Source of the DNA: Balanoglossus misakiensis
Taxonomy: Eukaryota > Animalia > Hemichordata
Direction: 5' to 3'
Length of the DNA: 64,000 bases
Assembly: GCA_040954595.2 (NCBI GenBank)
Contig: CM082581.2
Location: forward strand, 10,849,099 to 10,913,098
A model generated the notes under the pieces. It saw only the letters and a list, made by a program, of their open reading frames with translations, had not been told where the DNA came from and ran no database searches. A program made the translations under genes and the position numbers. Each line of letters starts with the position of its first letter. The stretch's first letter is position 1. Positions 32,901-44,258 of the stretch are shown in pieces.

Positions 32901-35900
32901 GGAGGTTCGACCTTCCGCAACATTCCTGATGATCATCTTCTTCATCTCCGTATGACTTAATTGCTAGTATTAAAATTTGTTTGACTTGTTTGTATTTTCT
33001 TGTTTGTTTGTGATGTTCATTATGGTACTTTTGCTTTTTACTATACAAACAAAGGAACAGCAAATAACTTTTACTAGGGATATACTAGATATTCAGTGGC
33101 TGATCTTAACAAACATGTAGCGATCAAGTTACAGAACAACAAAATCAAACAAGAATCTCGAGACCTGCATGTAGCCAAAAAGGTAAAAATGCACCTGTTT
33201 ATTGGCGTCAGTCAGTATTAGTTTCAACTGTGCATTGCCATAAAGACCCTGGTTGCAAACACCTGACAAAAGATTACCCCGAGTAAAATATCACACCATC
33301 ATCAGATCCATAAGGTCCCTAAAGTGAATGTGACTTAAGACACAGTCCCGCTTGGTGAATATAATTTACAGGGTGTTATCTTTCTCATGTATCAAGATGG
33401 GACCTTCACAGCAACTGTCAGAGGAATCTAATACATTTACTAATTACTGACGCCATGTATGACGTAGTTTGTGTTCAGGGCCTGAGACTTATATATCCGG
33501 CACATATTGTGCACTAACCCATGGCAGGTAGATTGTAATCATGCAACGTTGACATTAGATTAACTATTGGTCGCTATGACGATATTTTTCCGGTAAATGC
33601 ATGCTTGACTTAACCCTGTCTTTGATCGAGTCTCCAGGAGTATTTGTAGGGTACGTACTACTTATTGAGAGAAACACTCATGGCGCCTGTACAGGCTTTG
33701 CAAACTCATCAGATCTGCATGATTTATGCGCAAAAAAGAAACGTTAATCATGGGACAATTATTAACTAAGCGGATGTAAAAATCTATGATGCTGCGCGGA
33801 CTGTGAATTGTAGATTGTTGAATATTGTAACCATGGTGATCTTGGCAAACAACTTGAGGTTGTCATGGGAACCAGTGCATCTTCCCAGGTGGTGTAAATG
33901 CGAGAATGCAAACAGCAGAAGAGGCTATGAAGAATTTTTACTCCATGCACCGCAGCCTCTTTTTAATGCAAAGAAAACAAAACAGCTTTTCATTAAAACC
34001 TTTCTGTGTACTCAGCAAGGGAAAAAAATGTATTTTTTGATGGTTTATTATGATTGTGCCTGCCTGTAATCTGATCATTGCAGAAGTTGACAATACCCAG
34101 TAGATTAAGTATAATGAAACATGATAGGTTGCAAACTGAAGTCTGTTCACTTACTAGTATTTCCTTTCAAACTGTTGTGGAAAGGTTTATTCCATATATT
34201 TCGAGGGGAGAGTGAGCAAAGTCCTCTTGTGCATGCATGTCTGAATGTATAGCTGCCCTCAGGTTCATAGAGGCCACATGGCAATGTCACCTAGATGATA
34301 AAATGACTTGTATTGATTTTCCTCTCCTAAAAGCTGTGCTGTATTGAGTACATCCCCTGCAGTGTTGCAATACATGTTTAGAATGGGTTTAAGCTTTCAG
34401 GACATTATACGGTCATGCAAATAATTTACCTGGTTATTCATTCTTTTCTGAGGATGACAAAAATTGGAGTTCCTGCACAAGATTGTTTTTAAGAACAAAT
34501 TATTAACCCTGTATATAAATATAAGCACTATAATAGCTGTGTGTAAATTGTCCACTTTGTTTCCAAAGCTTAAATTTTTCTAGCTATCACATACATACTA
34601 CGTGGTCTGCCTCCTTCAATTGCCAAGCAATTTTTGCTTGGGCAGGAATTTCCTGTCCTCAAAAATGTTTTGGTTAGAAAACCGTGTAGTACTTAGGCCC
34701 ATCTAACCAAATCCTGCAAAATATTACCTTGTCACAGGTAACCACAGTTCAACTACTCTATAATGACCTGTTTGTAACCACACATTTGTTAACTGATAAC
34801 CTTTAACTGATATTGGGGTGTGTCGTGTTGTCGGCCAAAACATGTTCGTTTGCCCAAATTTGGACAGTCCCGTCTGAGGGGTACGTAGTGCCGTAATTGT
34901 TCAAAGTTGCCGTTGTTGCCTGAAGTAGGATATTAAGGGTGCTCCATTTCCTCATCAGGCCCATGCAATAAGTTCTGACCTGAGATTAAAAGTCTGAAGT
35001 CTTTTTGAGGTTACAATAGCCACATCTGGCAATTTCTGAATAATTTCATTATCATACCCTAGCTTATATATGCCCCCAAGTCACCAATGAATGCTATTTT
35101 GTTAAAATAATGAATTAAATTTTTTATTTATACACTGATTGTGATATAATGATAATTTTGCAAAATTAATGTTCTAGTTTGTATAATTATTATTGCTGTC
35201 AATCCCACAGTCACACCAGGTCAAGATCATTGCATTTAATCCATACATCCAGACAAAAACAGTCTATCTGTAGAAGCAATAAAACCAAGAGCTTAAGTTA
35301 AGTCATAGTTTGTACAATAAATTATATACTTAAATTACTTGGTGTCTGTGTGAATATATTCAGCACGGAATGAGTGTTAAGCTATTTGCAGTTTACGAAT
35401 TCATCCCCAAACCGAGGGTACGTGAGACAAAATCTACCATGCTTTGCCAGTTTACCTATACAGGTACATGTACCTAATTGCTCATCGATTTCATGACTCA
35501 TAAATATCATGATCTGCATGACAACGGGCTGGATGACAATGCAAGGACTACGTCTGTTCTTGTTTACTGGCAGCATAAAGGCTATAAATAGATTCCCTAC
35601 CTGGAGGTAGGCCCACACAAACAGCACCATAAATTTGTCACCCACATACTGATAGAGTGACATTTAGCCTGTAATTGCTTTCATGAACATCATGCAGTCA
35701 GCTTTTCCTCGAAATGTGATAAATATTTCAATGGTTCATTCCATGACCCATCATGTTTTGTTCACTGTGTACATTATTATTAACTACATTGTATGCAGCA
35801 TACCTATACACTGGGGACACTTGTGAATGATTAAAGATTGTCGACTTCAAGGTATCTTAATTGTCCATTAATTAAGCTATCCCACCAATTGCTATGGTTA

Positions 35901-37416
35901 CTAACTTTTGCAGTTTGAAAGAATATACTACAAAGTAACTACACCCTTTTTTGTCTTTTAAAATTGTTTACTGGATTAATTCAGTGAATGATGTACAATA
36001 CAAACTATTATTATTTCTCTACTAGATGATTTCAAACAATGATATATATTTTACCAATTGGCAAACATAAACCCTACAGTCCAAGAAGTGATGAGAGCTG
36101 TGATCTTGTTTGCTGAATGAAAATTGAGTCTGGCGGGTTAATTACCGACAACATCCTATAGGCTATACTTGTCAGAGGAGGTTATCATGAACCATCTCAA
36201 GTTTAGCTACATACCACACTACATCATGGAATTACATTTCTTAAAGTAATTTACTGATAACTTCAAATGAACTTGTCTATATATACTCGTCAGTTTTTAT
36301 TGTAAAATTACTAAACACCAACAGTTGGTAAAAAATCTATGTGAACATGCAATCTATTAAATAGAACATCTCACATAAAATTAATGAATGATCGTATACA
36401 TGTATTTTGAAGTCACTCCAAAAATTAAAACAAAATAAATGATTGATGGTCATAAAAGCTCCCTTGGGAAAGTACCCCGGTACTTGTCAATTAAATAATA
36501 TACTTAAATCTGGTTTGACTAAGGTTTTATACTTGAAAAACTCCCAGAAAGAAAAAAAGTCCAGTGCTGTTTACAGTGATGTGTTTTGAATACCAGACAA
36601 TAGCCATTGTTGCTGTATAGACATGCTCACTATCTTATTGTTGTTTGGCGGCTGTTGTTTGCTACAGTTCAGTGCAAGACTATTATGTCGCTGCCGTATC
36701 AAATATATATGTTTTTGTGCAGGTCCAGTAGACGTCACACCTCCTGCAAATCGAGAAAATTCGATAATATATTTAAACAAACCATCTGCTGCTACTACGA
36801 TATGCGTACTTTATCCGCTCATTGCTGTCAGCCTTTTGATTTATGAGGATGAATGGGTGTCACCCCTTTGGCACCATAACCGCATTTCTGTTGCAGGATA
36901 ATAACCCCTTTTGGTTTGACTGAACTTTGAACCGCGCCTAAAGTGGGGCAATTGTGACAACAGAGTTGACGTTAGCATTCTCAAAACAATCCGTCACTCC
37001 ACACAGTTAAGTGGTTTGACCACTATAGTTTGGAAGCACGTTTCTAGTGACTTTGACGTGTATATGAAGGTGTGCAATGGGCGTAATTCAAATCATTTTA
37101 GCTGCCAAATTTATATGGTGACATGTTTATATTTATTTCTAAATCTCAACAGAAATTGCTGTCAGAGAAAAATATAAAAGGACTTGGTAATGAACCTGAA
37201 GATGTTTGAGATCAAAATTCTTAATGTTTGTCACGCACATGTTTTCACCCAATTTTTGATGTAATGAGGTCAAACATTTCAATAAAACTATTAAAATTAA
37301 AATATGACTTAGCAGTTCAAAACAGTGAACCAATTGTGGGCTTAAACTCTGGAATAAAGCTATTATGTTTTCTATTGGAAATGGACACCTGAAAAAAGGT
37401 GAATTGATGCCAATTA

Positions 37417-37472
37417 AAAAAAAACATTCGCACATCCCTGTGTTAACACAGGGATGTGCGAATGTTTTTTTT
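37417..37472. repeat. Perfect 56-bp loopless palindrome
   Basis: AAAAAAAACATTCGCACATCCCTGTGTT|AACACAGGGATGTGCGAATGTTTTTTTT, checked base by base about the centre at 37444/37445. Confidence 0.95.
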
Positions 37473-39062
37473 CCCAATCAAAGCATTTTCCAAAGATATA
37501 TAATTCTGAAATGCACCAATTGATACATATGAATTCTGGTTTCACGTAATTTTTATGAATGATGTTTGGATTCAGATGTTAAGAGACTGATCCCTACCAT
37601 GACACTTAATTTGTAAAATTCATAACACCCAAACAAACAGGGAAGTGACACACTTTTAAGTTCATGCAGATCGACGTACCGTATGCTATTGCATTGGGAT
37701 GCCAGGTTCAATTTTGCACGTATGCACTGTGAATTGAGGTTATACTTCCCTCTTGCTGACGTATGACGCGTTCGTTAACTGTTTGACCTAAATACCACCC
37801 CATTAATTATAAACTTCAATTTGAAAACACAGATACATGCCTAATAGTGACTGTCAATAATAACTACATGTTATTATATAGAGTAAGTGTTATGTACCGG
37901 TAAATGTACTCAAATCTGTTATATTTTAATTGAACCCCTAGTGTACTGGGTGTGAAAGTTTGGCCTGTAGTGCAATATTGTGTTCCCAAGTACAATGCAT
38001 ACCGGTACATGCTTGCATTTGAGGCATGTACGTTATATATACAGACCATGTATTAGTTGAAAAGATGTTTTGTTTGAGTTGAATGGTGTCAGTGTTAAAA
38101 CCTCAATATTATGTAAATATTATTTATCCGGTTTAAACAATTGTGACCTTAAATCCCCAGATCATAATAAGAAACCATTTAATTGAGTAATGAAAGAGGT
38201 GAACAATAGAGGAGAAAGGGGATAAGAAAATTTATATGAACTTGAGTTGTTGACAATAGCTGTATACCAGCATAATTCTGAGTGACACAAATGCACTACA
38301 ACCCTCGGGTGAATTGCACCATGACTTAACAGTTTTGTCCCTGGAGCTGACCTTGTATGCTGTCTGCCTGTTAAGCAAAGGCCAAGTGTATTATTGCTAG
38401 GTATGCCCACATGGTGAGTGAGTCTCTTTTTCATCTCAGTCAAACAGCAGTCTATCTGGAGTGACACTCAAACTGGGCTTGCTCTGATCAGGTCACCTAT
38501 TGTGTTTTTCAACATTGACATTTCTGGTCAGCGTAACCCCGTATTAAGCAAGCACTCAAGGCACGAGTGTCTGAATGTTAGTATCATGCGGGCAGGGCAT
38601 GACTGCTTGCAGTGGAGGGATGGGAATGCAGAAGTTCATCAATTTTTGAGTGGATGGGCTCTTTGATGACAGAGAAGGGTGCCAGAATCTAACAACGAAA
38701 ATTAAGTTTCTGCTGATTTTACAGCAAAATTATTCACTACCCTGAATAAATATATCAGAAAAGTTATAACACTTTCAAATGAAGAATCAGCTGGCAACGG
38801 TTTTGTTAAGTTCTGCTGCCCTCCTTTTAAAAATTAATTATATCCAAAAATCGGTCTTTTCATAGTGATGGGTTATCATTACTGCGATACACAATATTCC
38901 ACTCATCAAGTAGATCTTGACAAGAATATTATAAATCATATTTGGTTTTACATATTAATTTACAAATTTTAGAATCCGTTTTAAAAGCCAAAGGGAAAAT
39001 ATTAGATGGTGTAACAGTCAGGAAAACAACAGGAAAATATGTTTCAATATTTTATTTTCATT

Positions 39063-39332
39063 CACTACTTTCCTCTTATTTTAATATGAAAATTATGATA
39101 GTTTTCATTTTACAGGAACTACTTTATCTCACTTACACATCACCAATGAGAGTATATTTATTTAGCATTTATTTACATATAAAATTATTATTAAGTTGGA
39201 AGTTATGTATGCAGCCTTTTTTAGTTGTACTTTCATGCACTACTTTCCTCTTACACATCACAGTATGATGTAGTATCACATCACTTTACAGGAACTACTT
39301 TCTCTGACTTGCACATCACCAATGAGAATACA
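39063..39332 (+). repeat. Degenerate direct repeat, period about 176 bp
   Basis: CACTACTTTCCTCTTA occurs at 39063 and 39238. TTTACAGGAACTACTTT...CACATCACCAATGAGA occurs at 39109 and 39285. Confidence 0.75.
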
Positions 39333-40127
39333 GCTATTTTGCGGCAACAGTAAAATCAGCAGTATGTATGTAATAATGCAGATAATAGTATGTTTACTGG
39401 GTTCTATAAACATGCAGCATTTTTGCACAAATTTTAATTTTAGTTACGTTATTACGGTGGCCCTCTCATGTCACGCCTAAAATATTATTTTGAAAGTTAA
39501 ACTTTCAAAATTATAGACAATATCTTCTCCCATAAGTAAACTTAAGTTTTGGTGAAGGCAACTATAATTTTGACGCACACAATTTCAATTTCAGTGGAGT
39601 AAACTTTTTAATTTTGACAGTAAAACTTTAATTTTACTTTACACAACTCTTATTTTAGAGAACAAAAGTTTAATTTCCGAAAGCCAATTTTATTTTTTCC
39701 GAGAGTAAAATTTTAAGATTTTTTTTCCAAAATAAACTTCTTACACTTTGGATAAAATATTATCTATACTACATAGAATTGTTTTATTTTCGGAAAGAAA
39801 TATTTAATTTTGTAAAACTTTTTTTTAAGTAACATTACTTTTCGCGGGTGAAAATTTTATTTTACAGATGTAAATATATTTTTATCTAATTTCTAGTTAC
39901 ACAACTTATGGGGGCGCTCTTTCTATTGCTACTGACAAACTTTTTCATGGGGGCGCTATTCAGGTTTCGGCGTGCGAATTTCTTTTACATGCATGACAAA
40001 ATATATTTTCAGAAAGCAAAATATTTTTTTCTTCGCGGCGGAAATGAAGCTATCCCACAATTCCCGTACATGAGAACGTTACAGGAGTACATAAATCCAA
40101 CAAACAGATGAGATGGCTATCTATCCA

Positions 40128-40502
40128 TAGTCTGGTTCCCTGCCCCAATCCCACCGCTGGCTGCGCTACGCTAAAGGGAAAGGGTCAGGCACGGCCTATT
40201 GTAAACATGGCTCTCATTGGTCAATACATACGAAAATTAAGTTGTTAAATTGATAAGTTGTTGTAAGATACTCATTTCCCGTTCTCTCCTTCACCTCCAT
40301 GAATGTTTATCATTCGATTTCCAACTTTACAACAAACGAAACAAAATAAACTGCCTGGATGAATCTTGACTGGCATACGGACATTGGAGGCATCCATCTT
40401 GTTTCACACCCAGGTTTCTGGGTGTGAAATCGGGCCGTACCTGACCCCTTTCCCTTTAGCGTAGCGCAGCCAGCGGTGGGATTGGGGCAGGGAACCAGAC
40501 TA
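40128..40502. mobile_element. 375-bp MITE with about 70-bp TIRs and a 9-bp TSD, nested in the left arm of the larger element
   Basis: TAGTCTGGTTCCCTGCCCCAATCCC...GGGATTGGGGCAGGGAACCAGACTA, flanked by ATCTATCCA at 40119-40127 and 40503-40511. The homologous right arm (about 41405-41413) has a single uninterrupted copy of that 9-mer. Confidence 0.92.
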
Positions 40503-40717
40503 ATCTATCCACAGTGCAATGTTTACGGATTGTATCTACTACGGCCGGGGCAGACAAATCCGGACAATCTCGCCGCCATCGTAGACCTTTAAATGATGCT
40601 GTCGATCAAATCGAATACAAGATGTAGGGGAGTCGGTCCGTGGGAGAAATCGGCCAGGTGCGAACTCGGCTCGTAAAATAATTGAAATTAAAGTTCTTTA
40701 AATTATGTTTCGATTAA

Positions 40718-41062
40718 CCGGCTGTCCCTTCCAATTTCGGGTGTTTCACGTCGAGGACGGACTGAAGCAGCTCCACGCGACCACTTTGGAAAGCTCCCCG
40801 GTGACCTCATACGCGGCAGCGCGTCCATCTACGTGATCGTTGAATTCGAGGCACGGTCCCGAGGGACCTGTCTGAGGTCATGTTTTCTAGAGCGGCTATC
40901 TATAACTCAGCGTGGCCAGTCGGCCGCGGTGGGTTCGATAATCAGCGCGAAAGTCGACCATCATATGGAAATTGTTTGCCGTCGATGTCCAAATAAACAA
41001 TAGCGTGTAAGGTGAACATGTGTGGGTGGGATCGACCATTTGACCCTAAACGGAACAGCCGG
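40718..41062. mobile_element. 345-bp piggyBac-like non-autonomous element (TTAA TSD) in the spacer of the long-TIR element
   Basis: TTAA(40714-40717)|CCGGCTGTCCC...GGAACAGCCGG|TTAA(41063-41066), with a short imperfect TIR and a GC/CpG-rich interior. Confidence 0.6.
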
Positions 41063-43310
41063 TTAATGGGAATGTTTTGTCTGCGCCCATGGTGTCCTGA
41101 TTAAACGGCGGCGACTGTACCACGGTCACTCCACAAACTGCCTAGGGACAGGGACAGAGCAGCACTGTGGTTTACTGTACACGTAAAATGTGAAGCATAC
41201 ACGAAACATAATTTAAGGGACTTTAATTTAAACGATCCTACGAGCCAAGTTCGCACCTGGCCGATTTCTCCCACGGACCGACTCCCCTAGATCTTGTATT
41301 CGATTTGATCGACAGCGTCATTCAAAGGTCTACGATACGTCGGCGAAATTGTCCGGATTTGTCTGCCCCGGCCGTAGTAGATACAATCCGTAAACATTGC
41401 ACTGTGGATAGATAGCCATCTCATCTGTTTGTTGGATTTATGTACTCCTGTAACGTTCTCATGTATGGGAATTGTGGGATAGCTTCATTTCCGCCGCGAA
41501 GAAAAAAATATTTTGCTTTCTGAAAATATATTTTGTCATGCATGTAAAAGAAATTCGCACGCCGAAACCTGAATTGCGCCCCCATGAAAAAGTTTGTCAG
41601 TAGCATTAGAAAGAGAGCCCCCATAAGTTGTGTTACTAGAAATCATATTAAATTTACCCCTGTAAAATAAAATTTTCACCCGGGAAAAATGATTTGTTAC
41701 TTTAGAAAATATTTTTTTTTCTTAAGCAATAAAAACATTTTGTTTTAAAATGTAAAATAATTCCATCGAGTACAGATAATTTTATCTCGAGTGTTTAAAG
41801 GTTATTTAAATGTAAATTAAAATTTAACTCCGTAAAATATTTTCACCTGGGAAAAATAATTTGCAATTTTACAAAATAAACTTTTTCTTTAAAAAGTAAA
41901 ACATTTCTTTTTGAAAAAAAATCCACGTAGTATGAATAAGTTTATCTCAAGTTGTTACTGTTTATTTTGGACAAAATAAATCTTTATTAAAATATTATTC
42001 TTGGAAAAAATAAAATTTACTTTCGAAAAATAAATTTGGTTCTCTAAAATAAAATTTGTGATAAGTAAAATTAAAGTTTTACTGTCAAAATCAAAAAGTT
42101 TTGTCCATCAAAATTAGTTGCCGCCACCAAAATTAAAGTTTACTTTTGGGGAAAAGATATTGTCTATCTAAAATTAAAGTTTAACTTTCAAAATAATAAA
42201 TTGAAATTGTCGTGTAGGGGCCACGATACGTTATTCTTTTGAGTCTTTTGAACTATTGCGATCGGGTGCTTTGTGTTCATATAGTGCTTTTTTGCGGATG
42301 ACGCGAGAAACACAGATCTCGGGAAACACGAGATTCCTGGCGTAGTAAACACAATAAAAAGTGGCCTGAAATCACTTAGCCGTAGAACATCGACGGTGTT
42401 TTTGCAGAATGTGGAGACCGATCCTGAATAATTTGCAAAATGCACATGACAATGATGCACGATGGTAACCTGCCGACCAGTACAATGTCCAGTCGCCGAC
42501 TGCGGTCGGGTCAAATTATGGACAATGAACTCCGACTCAACCAAATTGCGCGTACGTGCATCACTGATTGACCTCGTACGGTCCTAACCTAATTTTGCTA
42601 ACCTGTTTACACGTATCAGACGTGAGTAAACAGTAAATAACATGAATGCGATCACGAGCTCGTCTAATGCATCGAGCTTCACTATTCGCTAGTGTCTTCA
42701 GATCAGTCGCAGTTCATGTACAGAGACGGGTGCTGATTGGTTACAAGCCGCTGTTCACGTGAAATCGCGTACTTCGAAATATCATGCCACTTGGATCGTC
42801 TGAACTATGCTGATGGGCCCGTGTTAATTATATTTTTGGGTGAACATTTTGCCCAATCTGAAACCAGCAGTTTCAAATCAAAAGTTCATCTGATTGTGAG
42901 AAATTATTTTCGTGATGCAAACCTTAAAAAGAACAAACAAATTCACAGTTGACAATAATGGTGGTGACAAGCTACAACCCACCCGATGAAATGAAATAGT
43001 CCAGGTATGCTAATTATTTACTTCCGTCATCGCTAGCCAGAACTCCTTGTTGTCTGTATCTTCAAAACGGCAGACGCTTGGTCAATAATCGGTCGGAAAG
43101 CTGTATCGGTGATGCAATGCCAGGTCTAGTCATGAGCCCTGTCATCTCCAGGAGTACAGTGATTTGATGACGGTCATTTCGTTAGACGGGCACTGGCAAA
43201 ACGTTATGTGACACACGCTACCAAACGTTTGAAGAGTTTTTTCGGGCGATTGTTAACACCGACGACGTCAACAATATTTTCCACAGCAACAACAATCAGG
43301 AACATCGAAG

Positions 43311-44258
43311 ATGCCTGTCGACTGCTCGTTATTTTTGCTGAGCTCAAGTCCGCCAACTCACAACTACTACATGAAAAATCCGTATGATTTCACTGGCTTG
43401 AAATCACGCCTCAACGATGTCGCCTCCAGACCAGCCTCGCTGCGGTCGTGTTTGAGTTCAGAATTCGAAAAGGGAGAAAATGTCATGAATTCACTCGTTG
43501 ATGAATCCATCGAAGCCAGTCCCGCTCCACCTTCACCGCCGGCCAGCACGAAATCGAAAATCAAGAAGAGAGTTTCGTTCGCCGACAGCAGAGGGTTTTC
43601 CTTGACGTCGGTACGTATAATGCAAGAACCGAGCCACATGCCCCCAGCTCTCAACATCCAAGCAATCGGTGACCTGATCCGCGACGAAACCCCCGAACAG
43701 TCATCATTGGCTACCAACTTCATCATCGATTTTGAACAGCCAGCATCGAACTATCTTGAGTTCAGAGACAGGTTGGAAAGGGAAAACGTGAGTCTCGAAA
43801 ACGTTATCATCAAAGACTCGAATACTATCATGGGCACCGTGAAGGTACGTAACATAGCCTTCGAGAAATGTGTGAAAATCAGAATGTCACCCGATGGCTG
43901 GGCAACACACAAGGACATCCTGGCAATTTATTCGCCACCCAGCTATGCGTTTGGACTGGTGAACGGCACGACCCCAGAAAAATATGACACGTTCTCATTC
44001 GAGTTCGAGATCTCCCCAAATTCAAATACAAAGAAGATTGAATTCTGTGTCTGCTTCGAAGCCAGTGGACAGAGTTACTGGGACAGCAACAACGGGAACA
44101 ACTACAAAGTCGTGTCGGAAGAATGGAAAACTGTATCACAACAAGAGCAGTTGCAAGACGATTATCGACACCTCCGAACGAGTTCAAATATCGAGTGGAG
44201 CGGGTTCTCGTACTGGAAGTCTACCACGGTGGGAGAATCGGATTTGCCGTATTGGTAA
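43311..44258 (+). CDS. PPP1R3B: Protein phosphatase 1 glycogen-targeting regulatory subunit (PPP1R3B/PPP1R3C type, CBM21), single coding exon, 315 aa
   Basis: MPVD start, PP1-binding RVxF motif KKRVSFAD, DF-x-QP-x-x-x-YL-x-FR-x-RL, glycogen-binding GTVKVRNIAFEK-x-V-x-IR, YWDSN-x-G-x-NY and a C-terminal PYW. It is probably the pro-orthologue of vertebrate 3B/3C. A possible splice acceptor at 43285-43286 suggests an upstream exon. Confidence 0.93.
   Translation: MPVDCSLFLLSSSPPTHNYYMKNPYDFTGLKSRLNDVASRPASLRSCLSSEFEKGENVMNSLVDESIEASPAPPSPPASTKSKIKKRVSFADSRGFSLTSVRIMQEPSHMPPALNIQAIGDLIRDETPEQSSLATNFIIDFEQPASNYLEFRDRLERENVSLENVIIKDSNTIMGTVKVRNIAFEKCVKIRMSPDGWATHKDILAIYSPPSYAFGLVNGTTPEKYDTFSFEFEISPNSNTKKIEFCVCFEASGQSYWDSNNGNNYKVVSEEWKTVSQQEQLQDDYRHLRTSSNIEWSGFSYWKSTTVGESDLPYW

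Larger units (their letters stand above)
39453..42228. mobile_element. Non-autonomous long-TIR (foldback-like) DNA transposon with IS3EU-like termini and a 6-bp TSD
   Basis: The left arm (39453-40712, interrupted by a MITE) is the reverse complement of the right arm (41202-42228). The ends are TACGGTGGCCC...GGGGCCACGATA (TAY..RTA), and CGTTAT is duplicated at 39447-39452 and 42229-42234. There is no transposase ORF. Confidence 0.8.

Noticed and set aside
18000-39400. Conserved microRNA such as miR-124, which lies near human TNKS
   Set aside because: I found no mature-sequence match by eye; an Rfam/miRBase search would be needed to exclude it.
39908-41624. Two near-identical 67-aa ORFs on opposite strands (39908-40111 + and 41421-41624 -)
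   Set aside because: They are a by-product of the inverted transposon arms and show no protein-family features.
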